Notes under the pieces: generated by a model | What the model saw: the letters and a program-made list of their open reading frames with translations, nothing else | Told to the model about the DNA's origin: nothing | The model's database searches: none | NCBI RefSeq assembly: GCF_000013905.1 | Contig: NC_007969.1 | Location: forward strand, 1,320,001 to 1,352,000 | Source: Psychrobacter cryohalolentis K5 | GTDB taxonomy: Bacteria > Pseudomonadota > Gammaproteobacteria > Pseudomonadales > Moraxellaceae | Reading direction: 5' to 3' | Length of the DNA stretch: 32,000 bases | In this document: positions 18,351 to 27,903 of the stretch, one piece after another | Layout: each line of letters opens with the position of its first letter | How positions within the stretch are numbered: position 1 is the first letter of the stretch | Translations under genes and position numbers: made by a program

Positions 18351-21300
18351 ATGTCTACTGTGTCATCAAACTATCGCTCATTTATAGCTTTACCATTGAC
18401 GCTTGCGGTGTCAACTCTTCTTATCAGTGCGTGTAGTAATACATCAGCGGTGAAAAAGACGGGGGCGACTGGCAGCACAGCTGTGGTTAAGCGTCCTACC
18501 ACGCAAGTTCAGCCAACGGGAAATGCAGATTATTCGACTGCATTTTTGGATGCTGAAAGCTTAGATGAGCTTGCTGATTTATTGGAAGCCACTGATATGA
18601 CTATGGTTGAGGGCAACAAACTTGCTATTCAACAATATGGTGACTTGTGGAATCGCCTGCGTGCTGGGTATCGGATGAACGGTGGACAGCCGGTTTATAA
18701 TCAGCGTATTGAAGCACAAAAAGGCTGGTTTACCAGTAGACAGGACTATCTAAACCGTTTAACAGCGCGTGCCAGTCGCTATATTTATCACACAGTAAGA
18801 GAGGCAGAGCGTCGCAATATCCCAACCGAGCTGGCTTTGCTGCCTGTGATTGAGAGCTCCTACGATCCAAGTGGTACCAGTAGTGCGGCAGCGGCAGGTT
18901 TATGGCAGTTTATTCCGAGTACGGGACGTATTTATGGTCTAAATCAAAGCAGTACATATGATGGTCGCCGTGATGTGATTGAGTCAACACGTGCCGCTTA
19001 TGACTTTTTGACGGCATTGCACAATCAGTTTGGTAGTTGGGAGCTGGCATTAGCCGCTTATAATGCCGGTCCTGGTCGTGTGCAAAAAGCCATTGATGCC
19101 AATAGAGCTCAAGGTTTACCTACCGACTATTGGTCACTCAGATTACCGACTGAAACCATGAACTATGTACCACGCTTTTTGGCAGTTGCCGAAATCGTTG
19201 CCAAACCTGAAAAATACGGTGTCTATTTGCCGGCTATCGCTAACCGTCAGCATTTCCGTAGTGTGCCTGTCAACTATGGCGTAAGCTTAGCCGAAGTATC
19301 GCAAGTCACGGGTGTTAGCTACGATGAATTAGAAAGATTAAATACGGCGTTAACCTCAGCACGTATCGATTCATCAGGTCCGCAGCGTATTATTATTCCT
19401 AATGATGTCAGTCTGACCACTGATGTGAAGCTGAGCGCTTTGAGGGGTAATGGCAGTAGTAATATTCTCGCCTCTAGCAATGCTGTTACGACGACTACGC
19501 CAAGCTACTCTGGGTCAACAACGCCAAGCTATAATAATAGGCCATATACTACCAGCTCATCATTACCCGGTACTGGCAAAGGTCTTGCTGACTATGCTGC
19601 CAGTGCGAGCGTCCCGCAGCAAACCACCAGCTATATTCCGCCATCGTCATCAACGACCAGCAGCTCAGTTTATAGCAGCAGTGCCTCAGTGCGTACAGAG
19701 CCACCTTTAACCTCAGCAGAGACCAAAAAAATCAATGCTGAGCTGAAAAGTAGTAACAGCTTACCGACCACATCAGCGCAAATCACTCAAAACAATACCA
19801 TCATTCAAGAGCCGCCGCTAAGTAAAGCGGAGCGTGATTTTATTGCCAATCAAATTCGTATTAATACGCCTGAAACCAATGTCATTAACGCCGATGGTAA
19901 TATTAATTTATCTGCCGTGCAGACGCAGCAGTCCGTCTTAGAAGCCACGGGACAAGAGAAGAAACTGAGCTTCCCAAAAACCTCAGTTAGTAAGCCAAAA
20001 CCACAAGGCACACGTACCACTTATACGGTCAAACGCGGTGATACTTTGGTTAATATTGCCAGTCGCTCTGGTGTGAGCTGGCGTGATATTGCCGAATGGA
20101 ATCAGATGGATGCCAGTGCCAAGCTACTCTCTGGTAGTACTTTGTATCTATATAATGCCAAAACTATCGAGCCATTGAGCGCTACCAGCAGCACTGTCGC
20201 GAGCCAGCCTGAAAGTTATGTGGTACAAGGTGGCGATACGCTTATAGGTACTGCCAATCGCTTTGGTTTATCAGTGACGCAGTTAGCAAGTTATAATAAT
20301 TTGAGCAGCCGTGCAGACTTATTAAGAGGTCAGAAACTATGGCTTATCCCAGGCAAAGTAACAGCACCAGTCAGCACTCCTGCCGCGCCATCTACTAAAC
20401 CCAAGAAGTCATCGACTGCGACCAAAAACTATAAAGTAAAAGCAGGTGATGGCTTGATTGCACTTGCACGCCAATTTAATATAACGACTGAGACATTGGC
20501 CAGTCTTAATGATATTGGTACGACAGATTCATTATACGTCGGTCAAACCTTAAAAGTACCTGCCAGTGTAGACTTTACTTCTAACAGTGCGCCTACTGCT
20601 ACACAGAGCACTGCTAATAGCAATAACACCACAACCAAAGCCAGCAGTTCAAGTTCAGTGCCGACTAGCAATTATAAAGTCAAATCAGGGGATACCTTGA
20701 TTGGCATTGCTAATAGTGTTGGGGTCAGCGCAGAAGATATTGCTGCCGTAAACAGTAACTTTGATGCTAAGGCGCGTTTGCAACGTGGACAAACGATTAA
20801 AGTTCCTGTATCAAAAGAATTGGTTGATCGTCAGCTAAATGATGAGGCAGTCAGCTACAAGGTAAAATCAGGCGATACTTTGACGGGTGTTGCTCAGCGT
20901 TACAATATTGGCTTGGGTGATTTGGCAGCAGCTAACAATCTCAAGACCAATTCTAACTTGATCTTAGGTCGCACGATTACCATTCCTGCTAAAGGTAGCG
21001 TGAGTACTAGTGCCAATGCTGCGGCCAGTAGCAAGAGCAGTAGTTCGGTGAGCACAGAGACAAATAGTAAGTCTGATAGCGCGCCAGCTACCAGTAATAG
21101 CGGCAAAAAGCTCGGCAACACAGAAAGCTATAAGGTGCAGTCTGGCGATGGACTCATCGCTTTAGCACGCCGCTTCGGTGTTTCAGTTGAAGACTTGGCT
21201 GCTACCAATGATATTTCGACTAAAGCTCAGTTACAACGTGGTCAGACCATCAAAGTGCCGAAATTAACGGTCAGCTATACGGTTGGCTCAGGAGACAGCT

Positions 21301-21416
21301 TAATTGGTTTGGCACGTAAATACGACGTTTCAACCAAAGAGCTTGCGGATATGAATGACATTGCAGTCGATACCATGCTGCAACGTGGTCAACGCTTAAC
21401 GGTGCCTAATCGCTAA
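18351..21416 (+). CDS. mltD: MltD-like membrane-bound lytic murein transglycosylase lipoprotein with 7 C-terminal LysM domains
   Basis: Lipobox LLISAC. SLT catalytic block LPVIESSYDPSGTSSAAAAGLWQFIPSTGR and AYNAGPG. There are seven Y.V..GD.L..IA....V...L...N modules separated by Ser/Thr/Pro-rich linkers. Confidence 0.85.
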   Translation: MSTVSSNYRSFIALPLTLAVSTLLISACSNTSAVKKTGATGSTAVVKRPTTQVQPTGNADYSTAFLDAESLDELADLLEATDMTMVEGNKLAIQQYGDLWNRLRAGYRMNGGQPVYNQRIEAQKGWFTSRQDYLNRLTARASRYIYHTVREAERRNIPTELALLPVIESSYDPSGTSSAAAAGLWQFIPSTGRIYGLNQSSTYDGRRDVIESTRAAYDFLTALHNQFGSWELALAAYNAGPGRVQKAIDANRAQGLPTDYWSLRLPTETMNYVPRFLAVAEIVAKPEKYGVYLPAIANRQHFRSVPVNYGVSLAEVSQVTGVSYDELERLNTALTSARIDSSGPQRIIIPNDVSLTTDVKLSALRGNGSSNILASSNAVTTTTPSYSGSTTPSYNNRPYTTSSSLPGTGKGLADYAASASVPQQTTSYIPPSSSTTSSSVYSSSASVRTEPPLTSAETKKINAELKSSNSLPTTSAQITQNNTIIQEPPLSKAERDFIANQIRINTPETNVINADGNINLSAVQTQQSVLEATGQEKKLSFPKTSVSKPKPQGTRTTYTVKRGDTLVNIASRSGVSWRDIAEWNQMDASAKLLSGSTLYLYNAKTIEPLSATSSTVASQPESYVVQGGDTLIGTANRFGLSVTQLASYNNLSSRADLLRGQKLWLIPGKVTAPVSTPAAPSTKPKKSSTATKNYKVKAGDGLIALARQFNITTETLASLNDIGTTDSLYVGQTLKVPASVDFTSNSAPTATQSTANSNNTTTKASSSSSVPTSNYKVKSGDTLIGIANSVGVSAEDIAAVNSNFDAKARLQRGQTIKVPVSKELVDRQLNDEAVSYKVKSGDTLTGVAQRYNIGLGDLAAANNLKTNSNLILGRTITIPAKGSVSTSANAAASSKSSSSVSTETNSKSDSAPATSNSGKKLGNTESYKVQSGDGLIALARRFGVSVEDLAATNDISTKAQLQRGQTIKVPKLTVSYTVGSGDSLIGLARKYDVSTKELADMNDIAVDTMLQRGQRLTVPNR

Positions 21417-21445
21417 TGTGTGCATGTTTGAATAAATGTTGTTAA

Positions 21446-21482
21446 TAAAAAAGCTGCTCTTATAAAAGAGCAGCTTTTTTTA
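21446..21482. terminator. Bidirectional intrinsic terminator between convergent mltD-like and mltF-like genes
   Basis: aaaaa-agctgctctt-ataa-aagagcagct-ttttttt. Perfect 10-bp stem with a 4-nt loop. Confidence 0.75.
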
Positions 21483-21508
21483 TGGCAGTATCAATTATCA
21501 ATATCTGA

Positions 21509-22717
21509 TTAAACCGTGGCGGTTTTTATTGTTTCAAGATAGCTTCTGATATTGCTCACATAATGCATGGCTTGACCATAGCGGCTATTTGACGCTTTAT
21601 TATCAGACAGATAGGCATATATGTTTGCCCAGCTTTTGTCATCGATACCTTTGGCACTCAATTTACGCTGAATACCTTTAACAGCGTTTGGTCCCATATT
21701 ATAAGCCGCAAGCGCAAACCAAATACGATCCGTTTTTGGCACATCGGCAAAATCAGTTTTCATTTGCTCTAAGTAACGAGCACCGCCGCCGATACTTTGG
21801 TAAGGGTCAACACGGTCTGAGACGCCCATTGCCTTTGCCGTATTATTAGTCAGCATCATAATGCCGCGTACCCCGGTCGGAGAGACTGCATTGGCATCCA
21901 AGTGCGACTCTTGATAACCCATGGCAACCAAAAGCTCCCAATCATGATTGTAGTTGCGCGCTTGTTCTTCAAACGAAGACTGATAATCAGGCAGCTTTTC
22001 TGTCAGTGTGGTCTTGAAATGGTCTTGACTATAGGCATCTTTTAATAAGTCTTGATTATAAAAGGCGGCTAGCTTTTGAGTGTTATCAAGCTTGATGCTA
22101 TCACATAAAAAATAGCTGGCTTTTTGTGACAATGGATCATTGGCAGAATTAAACGTCCAGCTTACTTTAGGATGCAAGCCATTTTTGGTCAAACTGGCAT
22201 CATAACCACAGCTGACATTAATAGAAGACAAATTCAGCTGGCTTTTTAATTGGGTGCTGGCCGTGGTCAATGCCATATCCGCATCGCCTGACTGTAACGC
22301 TCTTAGCGCAGCTTCCTCATCAGCATAAGCTTTGAGAGTGACTTTTACCCCAAGCTCATCAGCATAGTTACGCACTAAGTCGTAACCAAAGCCATGTTGG
22401 AAGCCATCGGTCGCAAAATAAGTGCTATCGCCTGGAACAGCAGCGATGGTCAAGGTCTTCTCCAGCATAACATGGTCATAAGCTGGTACTTGGTTATTCA
22501 TGGTCGTCAAACTCTCAGCAGGGAGTGAAAGTAGGGCGATGCTTGAGATTTGCGCCAATTTCTTGGTTTTGGCGAAACGAGTGACTTTGATAGATGCAAT
22601 AGCTGGAACGATGTTACTTTCGGTGTTTAGCAAGCGTTTAGATGGACGCAATATATATGAGATACGGCGTTTAGCCCCTCGCGCAGATGCTTTCGCACGA
22701 TAAGTAATTCGCTGCAT
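21509..22717 (-). CDS. mltF: MltF-like lytic transglycosylase (periplasmic solute-binding-like domain plus SLT domain)
   Basis: C-terminal LLVAMGYQESHLDANAVSPTGVRGIMMLTNNTAKAMGV and AYNMGPN match the MltF catalytic domain. The N-terminal half is PBP-type-3-like (GFGYDLVRNYADELGVKV). AGGAGA lies 5 nt before ATG 22717. Confidence 0.8.
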   Translation of the reverse strand: MQRITYRAKASARGAKRRISYILRPSKRLLNTESNIVPAIASIKVTRFAKTKKLAQISSIALLSLPAESLTTMNNQVPAYDHVMLEKTLTIAAVPGDSTYFATDGFQHGFGYDLVRNYADELGVKVTLKAYADEEAALRALQSGDADMALTTASTQLKSQLNLSSINVSCGYDASLTKNGLHPKVSWTFNSANDPLSQKASYFLCDSIKLDNTQKLAAFYNQDLLKDAYSQDHFKTTLTEKLPDYQSSFEEQARNYNHDWELLVAMGYQESHLDANAVSPTGVRGIMMLTNNTAKAMGVSDRVDPYQSIGGGARYLEQMKTDFADVPKTDRIWFALAAYNMGPNAVKGIQRKLSAKGIDDKSWANIYAYLSDNKASNSRYGQAMHYVSNIRSYLETIKTATV

Positions 22718-23633
22718 GGATGTCTCCTAATTTTAGCCATCCTACTTACCATAAAAATACGTGCTCATTTATGCCAATATCAGCAGCATAAATAGCAGTG
22801 CATTTTAAATACTATAAAATTTACATACTTATTGAGCATATAAATCTCATAACATCTCGTTTAAATATAGCCGTACAGTCTCAGCTGGCAACCTTATAGC
22901 AAGGGGTGTAAGAGCATAAAAAAGCACTTTAATACCTGATTGCTAAAAAAAGGCTGCAAAACACCGCAAAGGCGCTAAATCAGATGATTCCTTCATCAAT
23001 GATAGACTTGGCTATGATTGGAACTATTTAAAAGACATTATTTAAAAGACACTTTAAAACATCGGTAAGGTCATGAATAAATTATTGGAAAAACGTGGCG
23101 TGAGCAGGATATGCTCAGAGTTGTTACGCTGGTATGAATAATTAAATACTCTGACTATGTTAAGAGTAAATGGTCACTCATACCGTTTATCCAGCAATAA
23201 AGACAAGCAAGTTAATCTGTCTGATAAATAAGACTGATCAATAAAAGCCAATGGTTAAAAAACCATCAGGTAGTTTGCTGTACCGCTATTGCGACATTAA
23301 AATAGAAAATATCATCTTACTCAAGAATATATAAGCCGAGGTGATATTGTATTGATCGCTGTTTATATCCCTATTAAAAAAGTAAAAATAATAGGATTTT
23401 AGACCTCAATCATCATTTTAGTGCCATAACCGGAAGCTGTAATAATGGGGAGTCTCATGACAAGACATTCTTTCTACAGATAGTAATATGCAGATATTCA
23501 TCTGATTATTCAAGTGTGGTTAAGAAAATTGCGATAAAACTTAACAATAGCACTATAGACGGTAATAATTTAGCCTGTTTTCTGTCGCATAATTTCGATT
23601 TAGTGAATATAAGTTCGTTCTGTTACTGGCCAA

Positions 23634-23678
23634 AATAAAAAAGGCAGGTAAGCAAAAATCTGCTTACCTGTCTTTTTT
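23634..23678 (-). terminator. Intrinsic terminator downstream of the Nif3-family gene
   Basis: caggtaagca (23645-54) pairs with tgcttacctg (23661-70) around a 6-nt loop. On the minus strand the hairpin is followed by TTTTTTATTTT. Confidence 0.7.
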
Positions 23679-23702
23679 AGGAGAAAAATAAGTTTCTGCT
23701 GC

Positions 23703-24521
23703 TTAAGCAGGATTATCGATATCGATAAATGTCACTGGTAAGTCAAACTGTTGAGCAACAATCCTACCTAAAGCTTCAATGCCGCCGCGTTCTGTTGCAT
23801 GATGTCCGCAAGCAAAATAATCAATGCCAAGCTCACGGGCAATATGAGTCGTACGTTCTGATATTTCACCAGAAATAAACGCATCACAGCCCATTAATGA
23901 TGCTTGCTCAATCATATCTTGTGCGCCGCCCGTACAGATACCAATCCGTTCAATTAACCTATTACTGGTATGAGTATCGACGTTATACTCAGCGGCAATA
24001 TGTAATGGCATGCGCCCCAATGCTTGAGTAATTTGAGCGATAAGGCTTTGAGCACTCTGTACGGTGCAAATGGCAATATTACCAACCGGATGAGTCTCAG
24101 CAGGATACAGTGCCTCGATGATGGTCATGTCTAACGCCGCCGCCAATGTGGCATTGTTACCAATGATGGGATGGGCATCGAGTGGTAGGTGATAGCCGAT
24201 CAAGGAGATACCATGTTGCATAAGCTTGCGAATACGCTGACCTTTCATACCAGTCAATGGAGCAGGTTCACCTTTCCAAAAATAGCCGTGATGTACCATG
24301 ATTGCATCAGCATTATCTGCAATGGCGGCATCAATCAATGCTTCACAGGCAGTCACACCAGTGACAATACGCTTAATAGGCCGACCGCCATCTACTTGTA
24401 GACCATTCGGTGCATAATCTTTAAAGGCATTCGCTGATAAGTAATCATCGCAAAATTCAGTTAAGGAGTGTGCAGTAATGATAGTATTTGATGATGTGAT
24501 TAAGACATCGTGCGTACTCAT
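23703..24521 (-). CDS. Nif3-like dinuclear metal center protein (YbgI family)
   Basis: 272 aa with DAIMVHHGYFWKG, HLPLDAHP and ACGHHATE, the metal-ligand blocks of the NIF3/YbgI family. Confidence 0.85.
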   Translation of the reverse strand: MSTHDVLITSSNTIITAHSLTEFCDDYLSANAFKDYAPNGLQVDGGRPIKRIVTGVTACEALIDAAIADNADAIMVHHGYFWKGEPAPLTGMKGQRIRKLMQHGISLIGYHLPLDAHPIIGNNATLAAALDMTIIEALYPAETHPVGNIAICTVQSAQSLIAQITQALGRMPLHIAAEYNVDTHTSNRLIERIGICTGGAQDMIEQASLMGCDAFISGEISERTTHIARELGIDYFACGHHATERGGIEALGRIVAQQFDLPVTFIDIDNPA

Positions 24522-24780
24522 AGTATTCCCTTATCAATGTTTCAATTAATAATTGCAGTAGCTCAAGTATTTATAAATAATGAATTATTTCTCGTAATCA
24601 CCATTTTAACATGATGTGGCAAAAGAATAGACAAGCCCAATAACTGAAACGGTACACGATGCGCTACCATTGTATTATGAGGACAGCTATAATTTACACA
24701 TGTGAAAGTGCCTTATATCAAGGCGTACGCCTGATATGGCTTAATACCGATTGTCCATGTGAAATTATAGAGGTTTTTAT

Positions 24781-26109
24781 ATGTCGTCATCCCCGAATGC
24801 CGAGAACAAGGCTGGTCTCTTAAAGTGGTTACCTTGGGTTTTACTGCTATTGGTCACAGCTGCCTTTATTTGGTTATTTGTGAGTATGAAGACAGCATCG
24901 GAGGCAAAATGGGAGCCGCCAAAGACCACACCTGCTGAGCAGCAAGCTTCCGAGCCGGTATCGGACTCACCAACGCCTATCGCCTCTTATCATAATGGTG
25001 TGGCTCGAGCCTCCCAGTCTGTGGTCAATATCTATACCACGCAGACGATGGCAGAACATCCTTATATGAACGATCCGGTGTTGCGCCGGTTTTTTGAATA
25101 TCATGGCGCGCCGTCAGAAGAGCAAGGCAATACCAACCTAGGTTCAGGCGTTATCGTGTCGGATGATGGTTATATCGTCACCAATGCCCATGTGATTGAA
25201 AAAGCCGATGAAATTACCGTTGCGTTTAATGATGGTCGTAAAAGCCGTGCAAAATTAATTGGCACAGACCCAGATAGTGATTTGGCAGTGATTAAAGTCG
25301 ATATGACTGGGCTTACACCATTAGGCTTTCGTGAAAAACCAACGCTTGTCGGCGATGTAGCACTAGCGATTGGTAATCCATTTGGTGTCGGTCAAACCGT
25401 TACCCAAGGTATTATTTCAGCGACTGGACGTACAGGGCTTGGCGTTAATAAGTTTGAAGACTTTATTCAAACTGATGCGGCTATCAATCCGGGTAACTCG
25501 GGCGGCGCATTGGTTGATGCACGTGGTGAGCTGATTGGTATCAATACTGCCATCTACTCACGCTCTGGTGGCTCTATGGGTATTGGATTTGCTATTCCCA
25601 CCGCTATCGTTGAGCAAGTGATGAATGCTCTGATCAAAGATGGCAAGGTCAGTCGTGGTTGGCTGGGTATTGAGATACAATCGCAGCTGAGAGATCCGAC
25701 ACAGCTCGAATCATCAACAGGCGTAGAGGTACTTAACGTGGTTCCTAAGAGCCCAGCTGCTAAGAGCGGTCTAAAAGTTGGCGATATTGTTTTGACCATT
25801 GATGGGGTTGAGATGACTGATGCCAATACCTTGATTCAGTATGTCGCTCGTAAAGCACCTAATACCACGCTGCATGCTCAAATCTTACGTCAAGGTAAAA
25901 ATGCGCAAGTGAAGATATTGCTAGAGGAGCGTCCAGTTGAAGAGCCAGTCACCGTTCCTGTTGTGATTCAAGATGAAACGCTTGGCGGTGCGCAGCCACC
26001 AACGCTACAAGCGCCAGAACAAGACACCCCTATGATGTCAGAGGCTGAACGTGACCGTATGCGTGAAGAGCTTTTATTACTGTTCGAAAGAGATGGTGCA
26101 CCTTTGTAA
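24781..26109 (+). CDS. S1C serine endoprotease, DegS/AlgW-like (N-terminal TM anchor, one PDZ, acidic C-terminal extension)
   Basis: TM WLPWVLLLLVTAAFIWLFV. Catalytic triad blocks TNAHV, DLAVIK and GNSGGALV. A single PDZ (GVEVLNVVPKSPAAKSGLKVGDIVLTIDG) is followed by ~60 extra residues. Confidence 0.85.
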   Translation: MSSSPNAENKAGLLKWLPWVLLLLVTAAFIWLFVSMKTASEAKWEPPKTTPAEQQASEPVSDSPTPIASYHNGVARASQSVVNIYTTQTMAEHPYMNDPVLRRFFEYHGAPSEEQGNTNLGSGVIVSDDGYIVTNAHVIEKADEITVAFNDGRKSRAKLIGTDPDSDLAVIKVDMTGLTPLGFREKPTLVGDVALAIGNPFGVGQTVTQGIISATGRTGLGVNKFEDFIQTDAAINPGNSGGALVDARGELIGINTAIYSRSGGSMGIGFAIPTAIVEQVMNALIKDGKVSRGWLGIEIQSQLRDPTQLESSTGVEVLNVVPKSPAAKSGLKVGDIVLTIDGVEMTDANTLIQYVARKAPNTTLHAQILRQGKNAQVKILLEERPVEEPVTVPVVIQDETLGGAQPPTLQAPEQDTPMMSEAERDRMREELLLLFERDGAPL

Positions 26110-26150
26110 AGAGAGTGTTTACCGATTCTCTGATCTCTAAGAGCAATAAC

Positions 26151-26187
26151 AAAAAGCGCACTATCTATAAGATAGCGCGCTTTTTTA
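26151..26187. terminator. Bidirectional intrinsic terminator between the convergent protease gene and yfaE
   Basis: aaaa-agcgcactatc-tataa-gatagcgcgct-ttttt. 11-bp stem with one mismatch. Confidence 0.65.
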
Positions 26188-26233
26188 ATAAGTTTTGATT
26201 GATCGAATAGTTAATAATTTATTGATTTAGCAG

Positions 26234-26500
26234 CTACTTTTCTATCAGCTCATGATTGACATAAATCACGCCTTGTACTCTACAGCAGCAAGGTAGGATT
26301 TCATCTTTTTCAATCATGGCTAAGGGCTCAAAAGGATAATCAATAACGTGTGAGCTGGCGATACGCTTGATGCGGCAGCTGCCACAATAACCTTCCTTAC
26401 ATTGATAATTGATATCATGTCCGGTGCGTAGCAATCCATCAAGCAAGCTTTCGTCATCATGCAAGTAAAATTGCTTCTTACTCGTCATTACCCAAGTCAT
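26234..26500 (-). CDS. yfaE: 2Fe-2S ferredoxin YfaE (class Ia RNR maintenance ferredoxin)
   Basis: 88 aa with YQCKEGYCGSCR ... ILPCCC, the same Cys pattern as E. coli YfaE. It sits directly downstream of nrdB. Confidence 0.85.
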   Translation of the reverse strand: MTWVMTSKKQFYLHDDESLLDGLLRTGHDINYQCKEGYCGSCRIKRIASSHVIDYPFEPLAMIEKDEILPCCCRVQGVIYVNHELIEK

Positions 26501-26563
26501 AGTTTTATCCTATCTTTTTATAATATGGTCAATCCTAAATAAAATAAGTACAATTATTATAAC

Positions 26564-26639
26564 GTGCTACTGGGATAAATTTTACTTGCTTGCTGTGCCT
26601 ACGCAGACAGAGGCTGCGCAAAACTTATCCCAGCAGCAC
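26564..26639. repeat. REP/MITE-like palindromic element, copy 2 (nrdB-yfaE spacer)
   Basis: Arms 26564-26583 and 26620-26639 pair at 18 of 20 positions. The 36-nt core matches 5234-5269 at 31 of 36 positions. Confidence 0.8.
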
Positions 26640-26697
26640 TACACTTATTCTATGATGAATCGACTATATTAAAAGCTCAATCTTGAAAAACTATCTT

Positions 26698-27831
26698 CTA
26701 CAACTCAAAATCATCAAAATCGCTGTCTGATAAGTCTGAATCAATCTGACCGACCAAGTACGAGCTAATCTCTGTTTCTTGCGGGGCAACTTGTACGTTG
26801 TCAGACGACAACCACGTGTTAATCCATGGAATCGGATTTGATTTAGAGTTCGGGAATGCGACTGGTAAGCCAACCGCTTCCATACGTAAATTGGTGATGT
26901 ATTCGATATATTGGCAAAGAATGTCTTTATTCAGCCCAATCATCGAACCGTCTTTGAACAGATAGCCTGCCCATTCTTTTTCTTGCTCAGCTGCTTTACG
27001 GAATATCTCGATGCTTTCTTCGTAGCATTCTTTAGCGATATCGACCATCTCCGGATCATCACGACCGATGCGCATGAGGTTAAGGATATGCTGAGTACCT
27101 GTTAAATGTAGCGCCTCATCACGAGCGATCAATTTAATAATCTTGGCATTACCTTCCATTAGCTTACGCTCAGCAAAGGCAAATGAGCAAGCAAATGATA
27201 CATAAAAGCGAATGGCTTCTAGGACATTGACTGCCATCAAGCACAAATAAAGCTGCTTTTTCAGTGATTTTAAATCGATGGTAATTTGCTTACCATTGAT
27301 CGTATGCGTGCCTGCACCGTATAGGTTATATAGCGATGAGCTGTAATACAAATCATCATAATACTTAGCGATGTCCGCCGCGCGCCCTAGGATGTGCTCG
27401 TTTTGCATGATGTCATCAAAGACGATAGCAGGGTCATTGATAATATTACGAATGATATGGGTATAGCTGCGCGAGTGAATGGTTTCAGAAAACGTCCACG
27501 TCTCAATCCAAGTCTCAAGTTCAGGGATAGACACGAGCGGCAATAGCACCACGTTTGGGCTACGGCCTTGGATAGAGTCGAGTAGGGTCTGGTATTTGAG
27601 GTTACTCAAAAATATATGCTGCTCATGCGAAGACAGGTTGCCAAAGTCCATACGATCTTTTGATACATCAACTTCTTCTGGACGCCAAAAGAACGACAAC
27701 TGCTTTTCAATCAGCTGCTCAAAGATAGGGTGCTTTTGTTGGTCGTAACGCGCCACGTTGACCGGATTACCAAAAAACATCGGCTCTGTTAGCGCATTGT
27801 TTGGCGTTTGGGAAAAAATCGAATAAGTCAT
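26698..27831 (-). CDS. nrdB: Ribonucleoside-diphosphate reductase beta subunit (class Ia)
   Basis: 377 aa, collinear with E. coli NrdB ([62 protein letters not shown]-terminal [10 protein letters not shown]). Confidence 0.97.
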   Translation of the reverse strand: MTYSIFSQTPNNALTEPMFFGNPVNVARYDQQKHPIFEQLIEKQLSFFWRPEEVDVSKDRMDFGNLSSHEQHIFLSNLKYQTLLDSIQGRSPNVVLLPLVSIPELETWIETWTFSETIHSRSYTHIIRNIINDPAIVFDDIMQNEHILGRAADIAKYYDDLYYSSSLYNLYGAGTHTINGKQITIDLKSLKKQLYLCLMAVNVLEAIRFYVSFACSFAFAERKLMEGNAKIIKLIARDEALHLTGTQHILNLMRIGRDDPEMVDIAKECYEESIEIFRKAAEQEKEWAGYLFKDGSMIGLNKDILCQYIEYITNLRMEAVGLPVAFPNSKSNPIPWINTWLSSDNVQVAPQETEISSYLVGQIDSDLSDSDFDDFEL

Positions 27832-27903
27832 GGGACTGCCTTTATCATTGATATGGTTATTAAGTTATAGGGTTTTGACTAGATTTGGTTTGATTGGATT
27901 ATA

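Noticed and set aside
19950-21416. Periodic DNA repeats in the 3' third of the mltD-like gene, which could be mistaken for a repeat array
   Set aside because: The periodicity is explained by seven protein-coding LysM modules within a single open frame. It is not a CRISPR or a non-coding tandem array.
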